From NCBI GenBank assembly GCA_964035545.1, contig OZ037765.1, positions 3,410,001 through 3,474,000 of the forward strand: DNA of 64,000 nucleotides, written 5' to 3'. Position numbers and translations under genes: made by a program. Positions 53,501 to 64,000 of this stretch are shown here, one piece after another. Source of the stretch: Bugula neritina. Taxonomy: Eukaryota; Animalia; Bryozoa. Positions within the stretch are counted from its first letter, which is position 1; the number at the start of each line of letters is the position of its first letter. The notes under the pieces were generated by a model. The model was not told where the DNA came from, did not search any database, and worked only from the letters and a program-made list of their open reading frames with translations.

Positions 53501-55152
53501 TTCAAATTATGGTGAAAAATTCTTTTTCAATCAAGAAGCTGTAGCTATAAAAAATTAAAAGTCTCACTCATACCTGAATACCAGAGAGGGAGGTTAAAGT
53601 ACTGGTAGCCTGTATGCTTATCTGATGTCACTCCAGTATCATCTGCTCTCTTGTTGACAATCTCACATAGATCTCCACTCACTTCCTTCACTATAGAACT
53701 ACAGTTATAACTGATGTCTTCATCTTGTAAACAGAAACTCATACAGTCTCTGAGGTCTGATGTACTTATATGGCTGTACTTTTGTAATCCATAGCTCAGA
53801 TAGTAACCTTTAGTAGCTGTCCATGGCTGCCATATTCCTGTGAAATACAATACTCTATGAGAGAGTGTACACAAAAATTTGTTTATAACTAGACCTATGA
53901 TTACTTGTTGCCTAAAAACATTTCATATATCAGTCACATTTTAGGGTCAGATTTTAAGAAATATAGAATTTGATAGATTGATCTGAATGCTGTAATTTGT
54001 TGTGCGCTCTAAAATTCAAAGTCTTTCTGCAACATTTATAATTTATTTGAGTATATAACAATAATTTTTTCTCAAAACGTGCTATATAGACTTACTATAC
54101 GATGTTGTATTGCAATCCTATAGTCATTCGATTTCATATATACTCACCAGCACAGTCTGGTCTAACAGAGTATCTCCACTGACTATCAGAACTACTAATA
54201 GTGGCAGTCTGAGATTTCTCTGCTAACAGTTGACAGTTTTCATCCTCAGTTCTGTAGTTTATTGAAGCACATATAAATGATGTCTGCTGCATACACTGAG
54301 CTCTACACTCATCTTCACTGTTTACAGAGAGATTCTTTATACTACCAGATGTTATGTATGGATCTAGTCTACCCACACCTGACGTCCAGTCACAGGTTAA
54401 TTCTGAAGACATGCAATAATAAAGCATATGGTGCTTGCTATAATAGTTTAATTAGTGTACATAATATTGGCTGGGAAAGTTAAAGTATTTATGTCTAGTG
54501 TTCGTAAAGTGTTTTAGAATAGCAAGAGTTTACTATTGATTTATACATTTGAGAGCAAGTACTATAAATTCATCAGTTTATAGAATTTCTGTCCATGCTA
54601 TAATAATTTTCACAAAAAACTCTTAATAAGTCATGTTATAAAATAATGTTATCTAACATACCTTGTACTGGTGCAGAGATAGACACAGTAACTAGAAAAA
54701 ACCACAAGTGAAAACACAAATACAGTATTCTCTCCATGTTAACACTACTTAGTAATGTCTATACACTGAAGTAGTGCTAAGTAAAGTTATGCTTCTATAC
54801 AAATGAATCACAATAGCTAGAACCTTCCAATATAAGTAGGTAGCTGCTATAATAGATGCATTGTACCTAAAAGAATAAAAAGTCACAAGACTGTAGTACA
54901 AGGAGGAAGTTGAAAAATTCTATTCAAATATTTCAATCAGTATTGTGTAATAAGTATTCAATTTTCACTCTCAATGCATTTTGTTATTTTGAAGGTTGTG
55001 TCCCCTGTACTAGGTAAAAGAAGTTGCGCTGATTCGATACATTGTTAATGTTTAATAAAAGTATTGCTCCTTTATTATACATAAGACTATTAGACATGCA
55101 CCACTCAGCTAGCGAGGTAATGAAGTAAGTCAAGTAACATTAATTGAGGTTC

Positions 55153-56267
55153 AAACTTGAAGATGCAATCACCTAAATTACTGTAAGTGACGTGCCTCGT
55201 TTGGTGAACAGAATTATCAAATGTAGTTAATACTTTTATCACATAGGTGCAGTTCTGTTTTAGGAATTTGGTGTCAGTACAGGGCCATATGAGGCCTGTC
55301 TGTGAGCAGCATTTGATGTTATTTTCATATCACGTATCGCTCTGGGTAGGAAGCTGCTATGAAATAATTAGGTGTTGGTCCTGAGAGTGGTAGGCATGCC
55401 ATTTAACTGGGACTTGGTGGTAACTGATGTAGTGGGCTGGTCTATGAAGTGTTCATACAATTTTGAGTGTGAAAGATGATATTCCTCTTTGGCCAGCATC
55501 TGCATCAAGAGACTAAGTCGTAGGTCTTTGCGCCTGTTTTGCAGGGGGGTTAATCCAAGCCTAGATCTTGCCTCATCTGAGCTACCTCTGCTTTTAATAC
55601 TTGCCACAAATCTTATAGCCTGCTCTTGCATTTGTTCGATGTCTACTGCAGCCTTCATGGAGCTAGGGTCCCACACAGCAGCAGCATATTCTAGGTGAGG
55701 ACGACACAGGGCTTTGTATGCTATTAACTTTGCCTTTTCTGGTGCCCAATAAAGTGCCCTTTTAATCATCCCGAGTTTTTTCGCTTCGCTGTGAGTAATT
55801 TCTGCTGGATATGCATATGAAACTTCAGGTCTGATTGTATTGTGACACCAAGATACAACGCGTGTACAAATAACTGCGAGAGTCTGGCCTCCAAGTGAAT
55901 AGTTATGTGTGAATCACTTGTCACTGAAGATGATGATCTTGCTTTTTTTCACATTGAAAATGATGCTCAGAAGTCAAAAGAGTTCAGGTTGTGTGGAAAA
56001 TGGGCTGTGTCCTGCTGGCTTGTGATAGTCTGGTACATTAAGGTATCATCTGCAAATAGGGCGATTTAACAATCTACCTCGTTTGAGAGCTGATCCCTGA
56101 GGTGCTCCTGACAAGAATGGGAGACTGCTTGAAACCTTACCATTAGGTATCACCCGCTGAGAACTATCAGTAAGGAAATTATGTATTCAGTGAAGTAAAT
56201 TTGTGTCAAACGTTTCTATATCCTGGAGTTTTTCCGTTAGAAGTGCATGCTGCACCTTGTCAAAGGC
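55153..56267 (-). mobile_element. 5'-truncated, degenerate non-LTR retrotransposon (LINE; CR1/L2/Jockey-group-like) RT fragment
   Basis: Minus-strand motifs AFDKVQHALLTEKL (~56265-56225), LFADDTLMY (~56060-56034), YLGVTIQSDLKF and AYKALCRPHLEYAAAVWDP (ORF 55368-55769). Frameshifted; absent from the equivalent upstream region of copies 1, 2 and 4. Confidence 0.9.
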
Positions 56268-57768
56268 TTAGGTTCGGATTAACTCTTAATATCAGAAAAA
56301 GCAAACAATGAAAGCATCTACTTTCACCTTTTAGGAGTTCGACTTCTATTTTTGCTGAATGAAGTAATTTGATAGAAAATGTCAAAATAAAGTTATACTG
56401 TCTAAAAATTCATTCAAATTTTCCAGCATTTGTATTTACATACATGTATGTAGTTGAACTATATATTGTAAATATAGCTATTAGGATAGTTGATTGCATG
56501 AAGATAAAAAACAAGTTTACACTATCATATAACATAATTACTTTTGAATAAGTAAATGTGAAAATTCAGAACAAAATATATACCTATGGTTATGCTTCAA
56601 CAAAAAAATTGAAGCACTATTTTGTAGAGCAGAAAAGTAGCACAAGCATAACATTTGACTAAATATTTCACTCACTTCCTTCAAGGTTTTTATGCATAAA
56701 AACCACTTTTTCGCTGCAAAGCACTCAACTGGCTTTGAATAATAAAAGCTGCCAAGCTTTTGTGGAGTTGTGAATTATTGCAGCTTCTTAAAAATTAAAT
56801 TTTATTTCTTTGTTCTCACTCTGTGGTCAGCATTACATTGACCTTTTGACTCTGCTACCAGAAGTAACTGTCTCAATAGTCTAGTCATATGAATAATTAA
56901 GATACATTTGCCTGTTGTATTCTCTGTTTACAAGTTGTCTCCTCTATAAACTGTAAGACTGAATATAAAACTTACTCAAACTACATTCAATGTTTAATAT
57001 CTGCTAATAGCTTTGATGATTCTCTACATCTTTTGACTCCTATATAGTATTTGTAAATTGCTGAAAAAAAGCTGTTTTATACTGAGTGTCTGACAAAGTC
57101 GCACTCTAGTCACCAAAATGCATTTATGTCTTCTGAATAATGATAATAATAATACATGCATGTATATCAAAGTTATTAAAAGTATAGGGCCAAAATTTGA
57201 TCAACAAAGGAATAATAGTCAGAAGTTGTGCAACCTCCACCACTATACAGCTATCTGATTGTTAATTTCTAGCATAAATACATTGTAGTGCTCCAATGCC
57301 ATATGCCAAAGTTATATTTTGTTACAATAAAAGTACATGTAGGTCATTTCACAGTTTCAACACAAATATTTTATAATTTTATTTTTCAATTAGCTTTATT
57401 ATAATAAAAATAGAAGTGCTTTATATATTATAGTTATTAGAAAATATGAATAGTTATGTAAACTGCAGGCAGTTGTTATTGAATCATTTTGTTCAAGAAA
57501 AACAATTTCTAAAGCATATTATAGAGCAACATACCTTACAAATAAATTTAGTCAGAAATATTTTATTCATATTTTGTAATCTAAAAACTAGCAGCTAAAA
57601 TTATTATGACAAAATTTACTTTAATATAGACAAGAAAATTTAAACAAATCAACCAGGAAGCATATTTTTATAAAACAGTGGAAGTGCAGATATGTAGTTT
57701 CAAGCAATTATAGTAAGTACCATATATAATAAAACATTTTCTAAAAGTTAGTTTAATCTAAATCAAGA

Positions 57769-60700
57769 TTACTCATACTCAGCACTTTGTACTGGTGCGT
57801 CTCCTGTAACACCCTGATTTTTAGAAGATGTAGGAGTCAGCCCCACTTCTTCATATTCAGGATTAGGCTGATCTATATTCTCTCCAGACTCAGTACCAAA
57901 AGATCTTCTCACCACCATCAAAATAATAATCACTGCTTGTAAAATAATGATGAAACCCATTGGAACACCAACTGCTACTCCAACCACCCAGCCTGTAGCA
58001 AAAGCAAAAATATATCAATTATTTGTATAAAATCTATACACATGTGTAGGCTATAAATGATTATTTTTGAAAAAGTTTAAATTTTTTGTATGTAAATAAC
58101 CATTGAGCTACAAGGTTGCTGGTACACATATTCAAAACTAAGACAATGGTTTTAATGTCAAGATGTCTAATATTTCACACTTTCCAGTTTTGGTAGACTG
58201 ACACATACAATAGACTGACACATACAGTAGACTAACACATACAGTAAACTGACACATACAGTAGACTGACACATGCAGTAGACTGACACATACAGTAGAC
58301 TGACACATACAGTGGACTGACACATACAGTAGACTGACACATACAGTAGACTGACACATACAGTAGACTGACACATACAGTAGACTGATACATACAGTAG
58401 ACTGACACATACAGTAGACTGACACATACAGTAGACTGACACATACAGCAAACTGACACATACAGTAGATTGACACATGCAGTAGACTGACACATACAGT
58501 AGACTGACACATACAGTAGACTGACACATACAGTAGACTGACACATACAGTAGACTGACACATACAGTAGAGTGACACATGCAGTAGAGTGACACATGCA
58601 GTATAGCTGACAATACATTACAAAGATGGCTGACACATACCTTGAGTTGGTAGTTCACAAATAGGAAGATTGTCAGACCATTCTGCTTTATCATCTACTA
58701 ATTGACATGTGATGATAGCAGGACCTTTTCTGATAAATCCTTCTTTACAGTTGTAAGACGCAGCAGAACCCAAGTTCCAGCTTTTATCAACAACTGGTGT
58801 TTCAATATTTGCTACAGATTGTGGTGTTGAGCATGTGATTGGTTGAACCACTAAAGCAAAAAAATATGGTAATAATGTCATTTGTTATTTTAATAAAGAT
58901 AAAATAATGCCATTTAATTTTTATTTTAGCTGATAATACAAATAACCGATAATAAAAATAGTATTTTATGTGGTTACTAAAAATTAGCTATAATTCCACA
59001 CTAGTGTGTTTCAAACTTACGTCTTGCAGACTCTGCACCAGGAATAGTGGTAAGCTTTAAAATATCATCTTCAGTCTTAGCTTTGAATCCAACAGCAATG
59101 TGATATGAGTATTGGTTGTCTAGAGGTCTGTTCCAGTATCCACCATATGTCTGGTTATCACCAACACTAAGTGAGGATGAGAAGTTGGTAACAGGAAATG
59201 ATGCTGTTATATAAACAGTCACATTGTCTATTCTATCTACAGTAATGGATCTCTTTTTCCTGGATGACAACGTTTCAACAACAATAACCATGGAGTCATA
59301 TCCTTTCAGAGCATAATCAGATGAAGTGGTGATTGGTAGAGGTACTGTAATGGTTTCTTCTGATGGGATGACTTTATTATCGTTGCTGTAGGTCAACTTT
59401 GGTTCTAAAATATTAAAATAATTACTTCATTTGCTAGCAACAACTGACTAGAAATATTTAATTTACTCAAAACTTTTGAGTTAATATTTATTACAAGTCT
59501 GTCAAGCTTTTAAATTTAGAGCAGTTTGCATTAAAATGTTTTTTTTTAAAATCTTGTGAGCATTTTATAGTTATCTACCTTCAGGCTTAGTCCAGAACAC
59601 AATTTCTCCAGAACTTTCTCCAAACTCGTTTTCAGACAGAAGAGCTTTAACTGTGCAGTTGTATTCTACTTGACTATAAAGGGATTTTATAGTTAGAAAG
59701 GTGATCGAAGATTCCGGTGTATTATGGTACCTCACTGAGTTCACTGTCACACTATCATTAAACGTGTTGTTGGTTGTGATGCACGTTACCTGTAGTCAGT
59801 TGTTGTATATTATAACAGTATATAAAGCAAATATCATTTGCTTTTATGTGTTACATATTGTCATATTCAAGAATGCTCTGCTTAAACAAGTTTACACAGC
59901 TTGATAATTTTTCACTTCTGAGTTAATTCAAAACCTGTTGGATTGTCAAAGGTACATCGATGTGTAAGAAATGAACGAGTGCTAGCAAGTTATCAACAAA
60001 ACTTATAAGATTGAAAAATAAAACAAAGTCTTTAAGTATGCTTGGTAACATGCAGAAAATATATAAAAGCACACCTAAAGAAGTATATAGCAAGTTGAAT
60101 TGGCATATAAAAACACAATTTAAGTTAAGTTGAACTCTTTCCTGTTCTAATACCAACTTGATACTGTTGAATAGAGTAGATCTTATCCGTATAAACTACA
60201 GGAGACCAGGATATGGTAACTGAAGTAGAAGTTCTGGTGTCAACTGTCAGTCCACCTGGTGAGTTGGGTGCTGCAAAGTAAATATCATCACAAAAATATT
60301 GACTGTTCTTACTCAGAAGCTCTGTTCCACTACAAAATGCCTCAGTGCTGCAAATCTATTTGAAGATTTAAGTATTATCTACATGATATACTACAAATCA
60401 ACTGAAAACTGAAATTTCATCTTCACCAATATAATCTGCATAGCAACCTAAATCTTAATTTTTATGATAGAAAAACTAAATCTTCAAAACTAATACAAAC
60501 TAATTAACTTTCACGCTTTCCAAACACAAGTACATCAAGTGCACATGTACATGCACATGCACACGCACATATTAATAACCATGCTACATGTGTGCAAAAG
60601 CCAAGTTATCTTCTCATGATATTTAAAATGTGATATAATGTACTATACTTGTAATGACTTCTACTCACCTTTACTAGTTGTGTAGTCTTCCTGCCATATT

Positions 60701-63700
60701 ATATTCTCATGTCCATCTTGTAGTTCTACTTTAATAGTCAGTTCAAAGGTCACACCTTGCTGTTTAGTGAAACTCCATGGACCTATCTTTCTCTGATTGG
60801 ATAATTGTCCACTTTCATAAGTTAATGTAACACTGGATACACAGTCATCAGCTTCCTGTTACAGTGGACATATTCACTACGTTTTCATTATCAGATTTTT
60901 TCATTCGCCCTATGGAACTATAGTTGCATTGAAGCAAAACCGAAGCCGGAAAATCAATCAAACGGCTCCATTAATAAAAATTTTACTTTGCATTATGCGG
61001 ATGATGGAAATGTTTCCTTCGATTAAATAGAATGAAACGTTTTGTGCCGGAAGCAGAAATCAGCATATGTGGAGGCTAGTTACATAGTTATACGCTATGA
61101 AAACAAAATTATAAGTTACGACTTATACAACTACTCTAAAGTGTACTTAGGCTAACAACAATTTAAATTTATCTTAGCTGCTATTTTTTAAAATAATTAT
61201 TAATCATCTTAAATTTATAAAAATTTTCCGCAAGCCAAAGCATTTCCATGGTAAAAATAAGTTGACAGTTGAAATTCACCCAATTGAAGTTCGAATAGTA
61301 TGAGTATATATATAATATTATGTTTCAAAAATAATATCTCACATAAAAATATAAACAAACTTACTAATATAGTATTATAGTTCAAAATTATTAAGATCTA
61401 AAAGTATAGACTATAAGAGAAATTAATATAGACTTACTAGTGAAGGTACAGACACAGTAACTATTCTCAGTTCTTCTGGTTTCAGAATCCCACTCTCTGT
61501 TATGGTAAAATGTCCAGGTGTTAATTTACCCCTTTCTGCAATATATATCAGAATAAACTAAACTATTTAATAGATTAATTGATGAACAAAAAGTAACACA
61601 TTTCAATTTAAAAAACGTATACTTTGTTTTATCTAGTAGTAAGAATATGTGCAAGATAAATCAACATTTTTGATGTAAAATAGACATGACTCCAATTTTT
61701 ATAGAAATCTTTTCACTGGTACACATCTTAATAATATTTTTATTATTAATACATTACATTTACCACATTATAATATTCACCCGCACAGAACAAAGAGCTG
61801 ACTGTAGAGACATCTTGTATTAACTCTTCACCATTATAATTCCTCACAGTAGATACTCTAGCATAGTGAGGTTGTTTTATATTCAGATTACTAATCACAG
61901 TCTCTCTGTAGTCTATAGAAACTAATTTAGAGCTTATTATTGTGTTGAAGTTGGAGTTGTCTGAACATTCTATTTTGAAATGAGTAGTTGTGAGCTCCTG
62001 ATTGGGTGCAGTAGCTGGGAATTCCCATGTAATTCTTACTTCTCCTGGTGACACATCAGTGTGAGAAGATACTGGGTCCCCTGATAACTTAAAGATTTCT
62101 AAAAGTAACAATTAGCAACTTAATTATTACACTCAACATCGGTTAACTAGTAAAAATGAAAATAATATAATTCTACCCTTTTACAATTATAGCAAACTAC
62201 ACTAAGTATAATTTAATGAACATAAATATTTTCTATAAACTAATGGTTTATATAGATTTTATGACATTATTAAATTTAGTTTGCAGCAAAGATTTTAAAC
62301 AAAGCTTGCATATAACAGCCTTTAAGTTTCAAATTTGAACCTATGAAGAGTACATCTCCAAATGTATATACAAGTTTACACACACAAAAACAAAACAGGT
62401 AGTTTTATAATGCAGTTTTGTTAGTGCGGTAAACTCAGATTATAAAACAGTAGTCTAGTAAAACAAACAAAGTTTAATTTATGTATAACAAATATTGTTA
62501 TAGCCAGGACAGAATGTGATGTCATCATATTGCAATAGTAGATGGTAATAAATAAATATTATATGATCAAGAATAGTGATGCATGGTTTGATTTAAATAC
62601 AAATAAATAGCTAAACTTGTAGAAACCTACTGAATGGTGGTTATAATATTCAAGCAGATACGTGAAAACTTACCATCAGAATTTTTGCTAAACCTATACG
62701 GTTGAGGGAACAAATTAATATTTTCACATCCCCTTTGCTTAGCTAAGCTGATAATATATTTTTACACTTTGAGCAAAAAACAGTGCTTTCTTTTAAACAT
62801 TCAGGTAAAAAATGGTTTCACCCTGTGAAATCTTTAATTTCAAACCTAAAGTAAAATAATATATAAGGTGAGCCAGTTTGAGCCTGATGCCTGCAGTTAC
62901 AAACATGCCTGGGACATATTCTTGCAATATATATTTTGGTTTGTAGTTATTCTACAAGTTATAATAAAACAGAAAATTAAACAAGTAATTTATAAGCTAT
63001 CGTGATATAACAAATTATTGAAATTAGGTGCACCGCTGTGTGCCTATACAATGGATATTTAAGATCAAAACTTTAAGATGAGCAAATTCAAATACTATAT
63101 TATATATACTATATAATATATAGTTTTAGTGGCTCAACTTGCATTTAGTCACTGGCAGAACACATAATTGTAAAACTTTTTCCCTCACTGGGAATCTGAC
63201 CTTAGACTTTTTTGACTTGCAAGCATGCGTGCAATGGCCAATTACACTTCTGGGATTCCTAATAACAATATTAAACTGGAAGTTCTGTTTGTAAAATTGC
63301 ATTTTCTGCGAAACTATGCAATATATATGAATATTTAGTCAACAGAGATATTACTAACTGTTGAGAACACCAAATTTGTTATGTGAATGTTTAGAGTTTT
63401 GATTATACGTGAACTTAGCTTGCTTAATTGTAGGAAACAAAATTGTTGACTTTCTCAACTTTCAGCATAAATAAAAAACTCAAAGCTCTATACTCTGGTC
63501 TCACACGTTTCCAACTTTCTCTCTTTCCCAACTGAGAACACAAGATTTGTTTCAATTTTCATGCCACTTGTGACTCAACCACCATACACATTTGCTGATT
63601 ACAGATAACGGGCTCAAGTAGCTGTTAAAATTATGGGAAAAATATCAATCAAATTATACTTAAAAAAGCTTCAGGTTGTGCTGTGCACTTGTTATTGCGG

Positions 63701-64000
63701 TCAATAATCTACAGTTAATTGCACAAGTATAATATAATCACCTGCTATGTAGGCTCTCAGTGCTACTGCTCTAGTTTCTGTGACAACATCTGAAGCTGTG
63801 AGTCTGTCTACTCTGTCTGTTTTAGGGAAAATTATATAAGCTGGAGGATCTCCAACCACTTTAAATCTAAATGAGACGAGGTTACCTCTACAACCAGATT
63901 TACTCAAGTCTTCTACATACAGAGCAAGAAAGTCTCCTTTTCTAACTACTTCTGTAGAGTTCTGTACAAACTGGAATCTGATTCCTCCTGTAGATGCATC
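57769..64000 (-). CDS. Receptor copy 6 (5' part outside window) with deletion-truncated cytoplasmic tail
   Basis: Exons 63742->64000, 61781-62098, 61438-61535, 60669-60855, 60158-60270 (weak donor CAA|GTTGGT), 59579-59789, 59021-59404, 58641-58850, 57769-57992. All visible exons are open; the tail ends SAEYE* at a deletion junction. Confidence 0.78.
58193..58612. repeat. 17-bp minisatellite (GTAGACTGACACATACA)n, ~24 units, intron 11 of copy 6
   Basis: Highly homogeneous tandem units; the source of the spurious 17-aa-periodic Cys-rich ORFs. Confidence 0.95.
60866..61040. repeat. Probable small interspersed repeat fragment, related in reverse orientation to ~15450-15555
   Basis: CACTACGTTTTCATTATC and CGGCTCCATTA at ~60875-60973 match the reverse complement of TAATGGAGCCGATAATGGAAACGTAGTG at ~15521-15547. 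Neither is present at paralogous intron sites. Confidence 0.4.

Larger units (their letters stand above)
45346..54737 (-). pseudogene. Receptor copy 5 with a single premature stop (recent pseudogene, null allele or ~640-aa secreted form)
   Basis: Exons 54662-54737, 54148-54402, 53574-53837, 51394-51897, 48999-49316, 48708-48805, 48183-48369, 47595-47707, 47076-47286, 46517-46900, 46212-46421, 45346-45674. The only lesion found is TCA>TAA at 47179-47181 in exon 9. Confidence 0.75.

Noticed and set aside
58193-58612. Possible CRISPR array
   Set aside because: Units are directly tandem with no unique spacers; no cas genes; eukaryotic context.
58138-58694. Cys-rich repetitive ORFs in three frames (also 45840-46265), resembling metallothionein or keratin-associated proteins
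   Set aside because: Artefact of a stop-free 17-bp minisatellite within intron 11; no splice or start support.
57769-64000. Copy 6 as a mis-assembled allelic duplicate of copy 1
   Set aside because: Near-identity is limited to exon 4 and intron 4; exons 5-11 and several introns differ substantially. Long-read confirmation is still desirable.

Overview
AT-rich, intron-containing eukaryotic (animal-type) DNA; the organism cannot be identified from the sequence. The whole window is a head-to-tail tandem array, on the minus strand, of six paralogous 12-exon genes. Start codons lie at 8926, 20606, 33487, 43246 and 54737; the sixth starts beyond 64000; the period is about 10-13 kb. By manual splicing, each encodes a type I membrane receptor of about 985 aa: signal peptide - PAN/Apple - PAN/Apple - ~165-aa beta-rich domain with a hypervariable loop - FN3 - FN3/Ig-like - FN3 - receptor-PTP-type membrane-proximal domain with an RKKR furin site - Sushi/CCP - transmembrane helix - ~80-aa tail with four tyrosine motifs and no catalytic domain. 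Only copies 2 and 3 are fully intact. Copy 1 has lost only exon 10, which is skippable in frame. Copy 5 has a single nonsense codon, copy 6 has a deletion-truncated tail, and copy 4 is a multiply disabled pseudogene. The copies are mosaics of one another, with diversity concentrated in CDR-like patches of exon 4. This is the pattern expected of a birth-and-death, gene-conversion-diversified immune or allorecognition receptor cluster (inference). Also present: several non-autonomous DNA transposons, a LINE fragment, (TA)n tracts, a 17-bp minisatellite built from a splice-donor sequence, and a 50-bp perfect palindrome.
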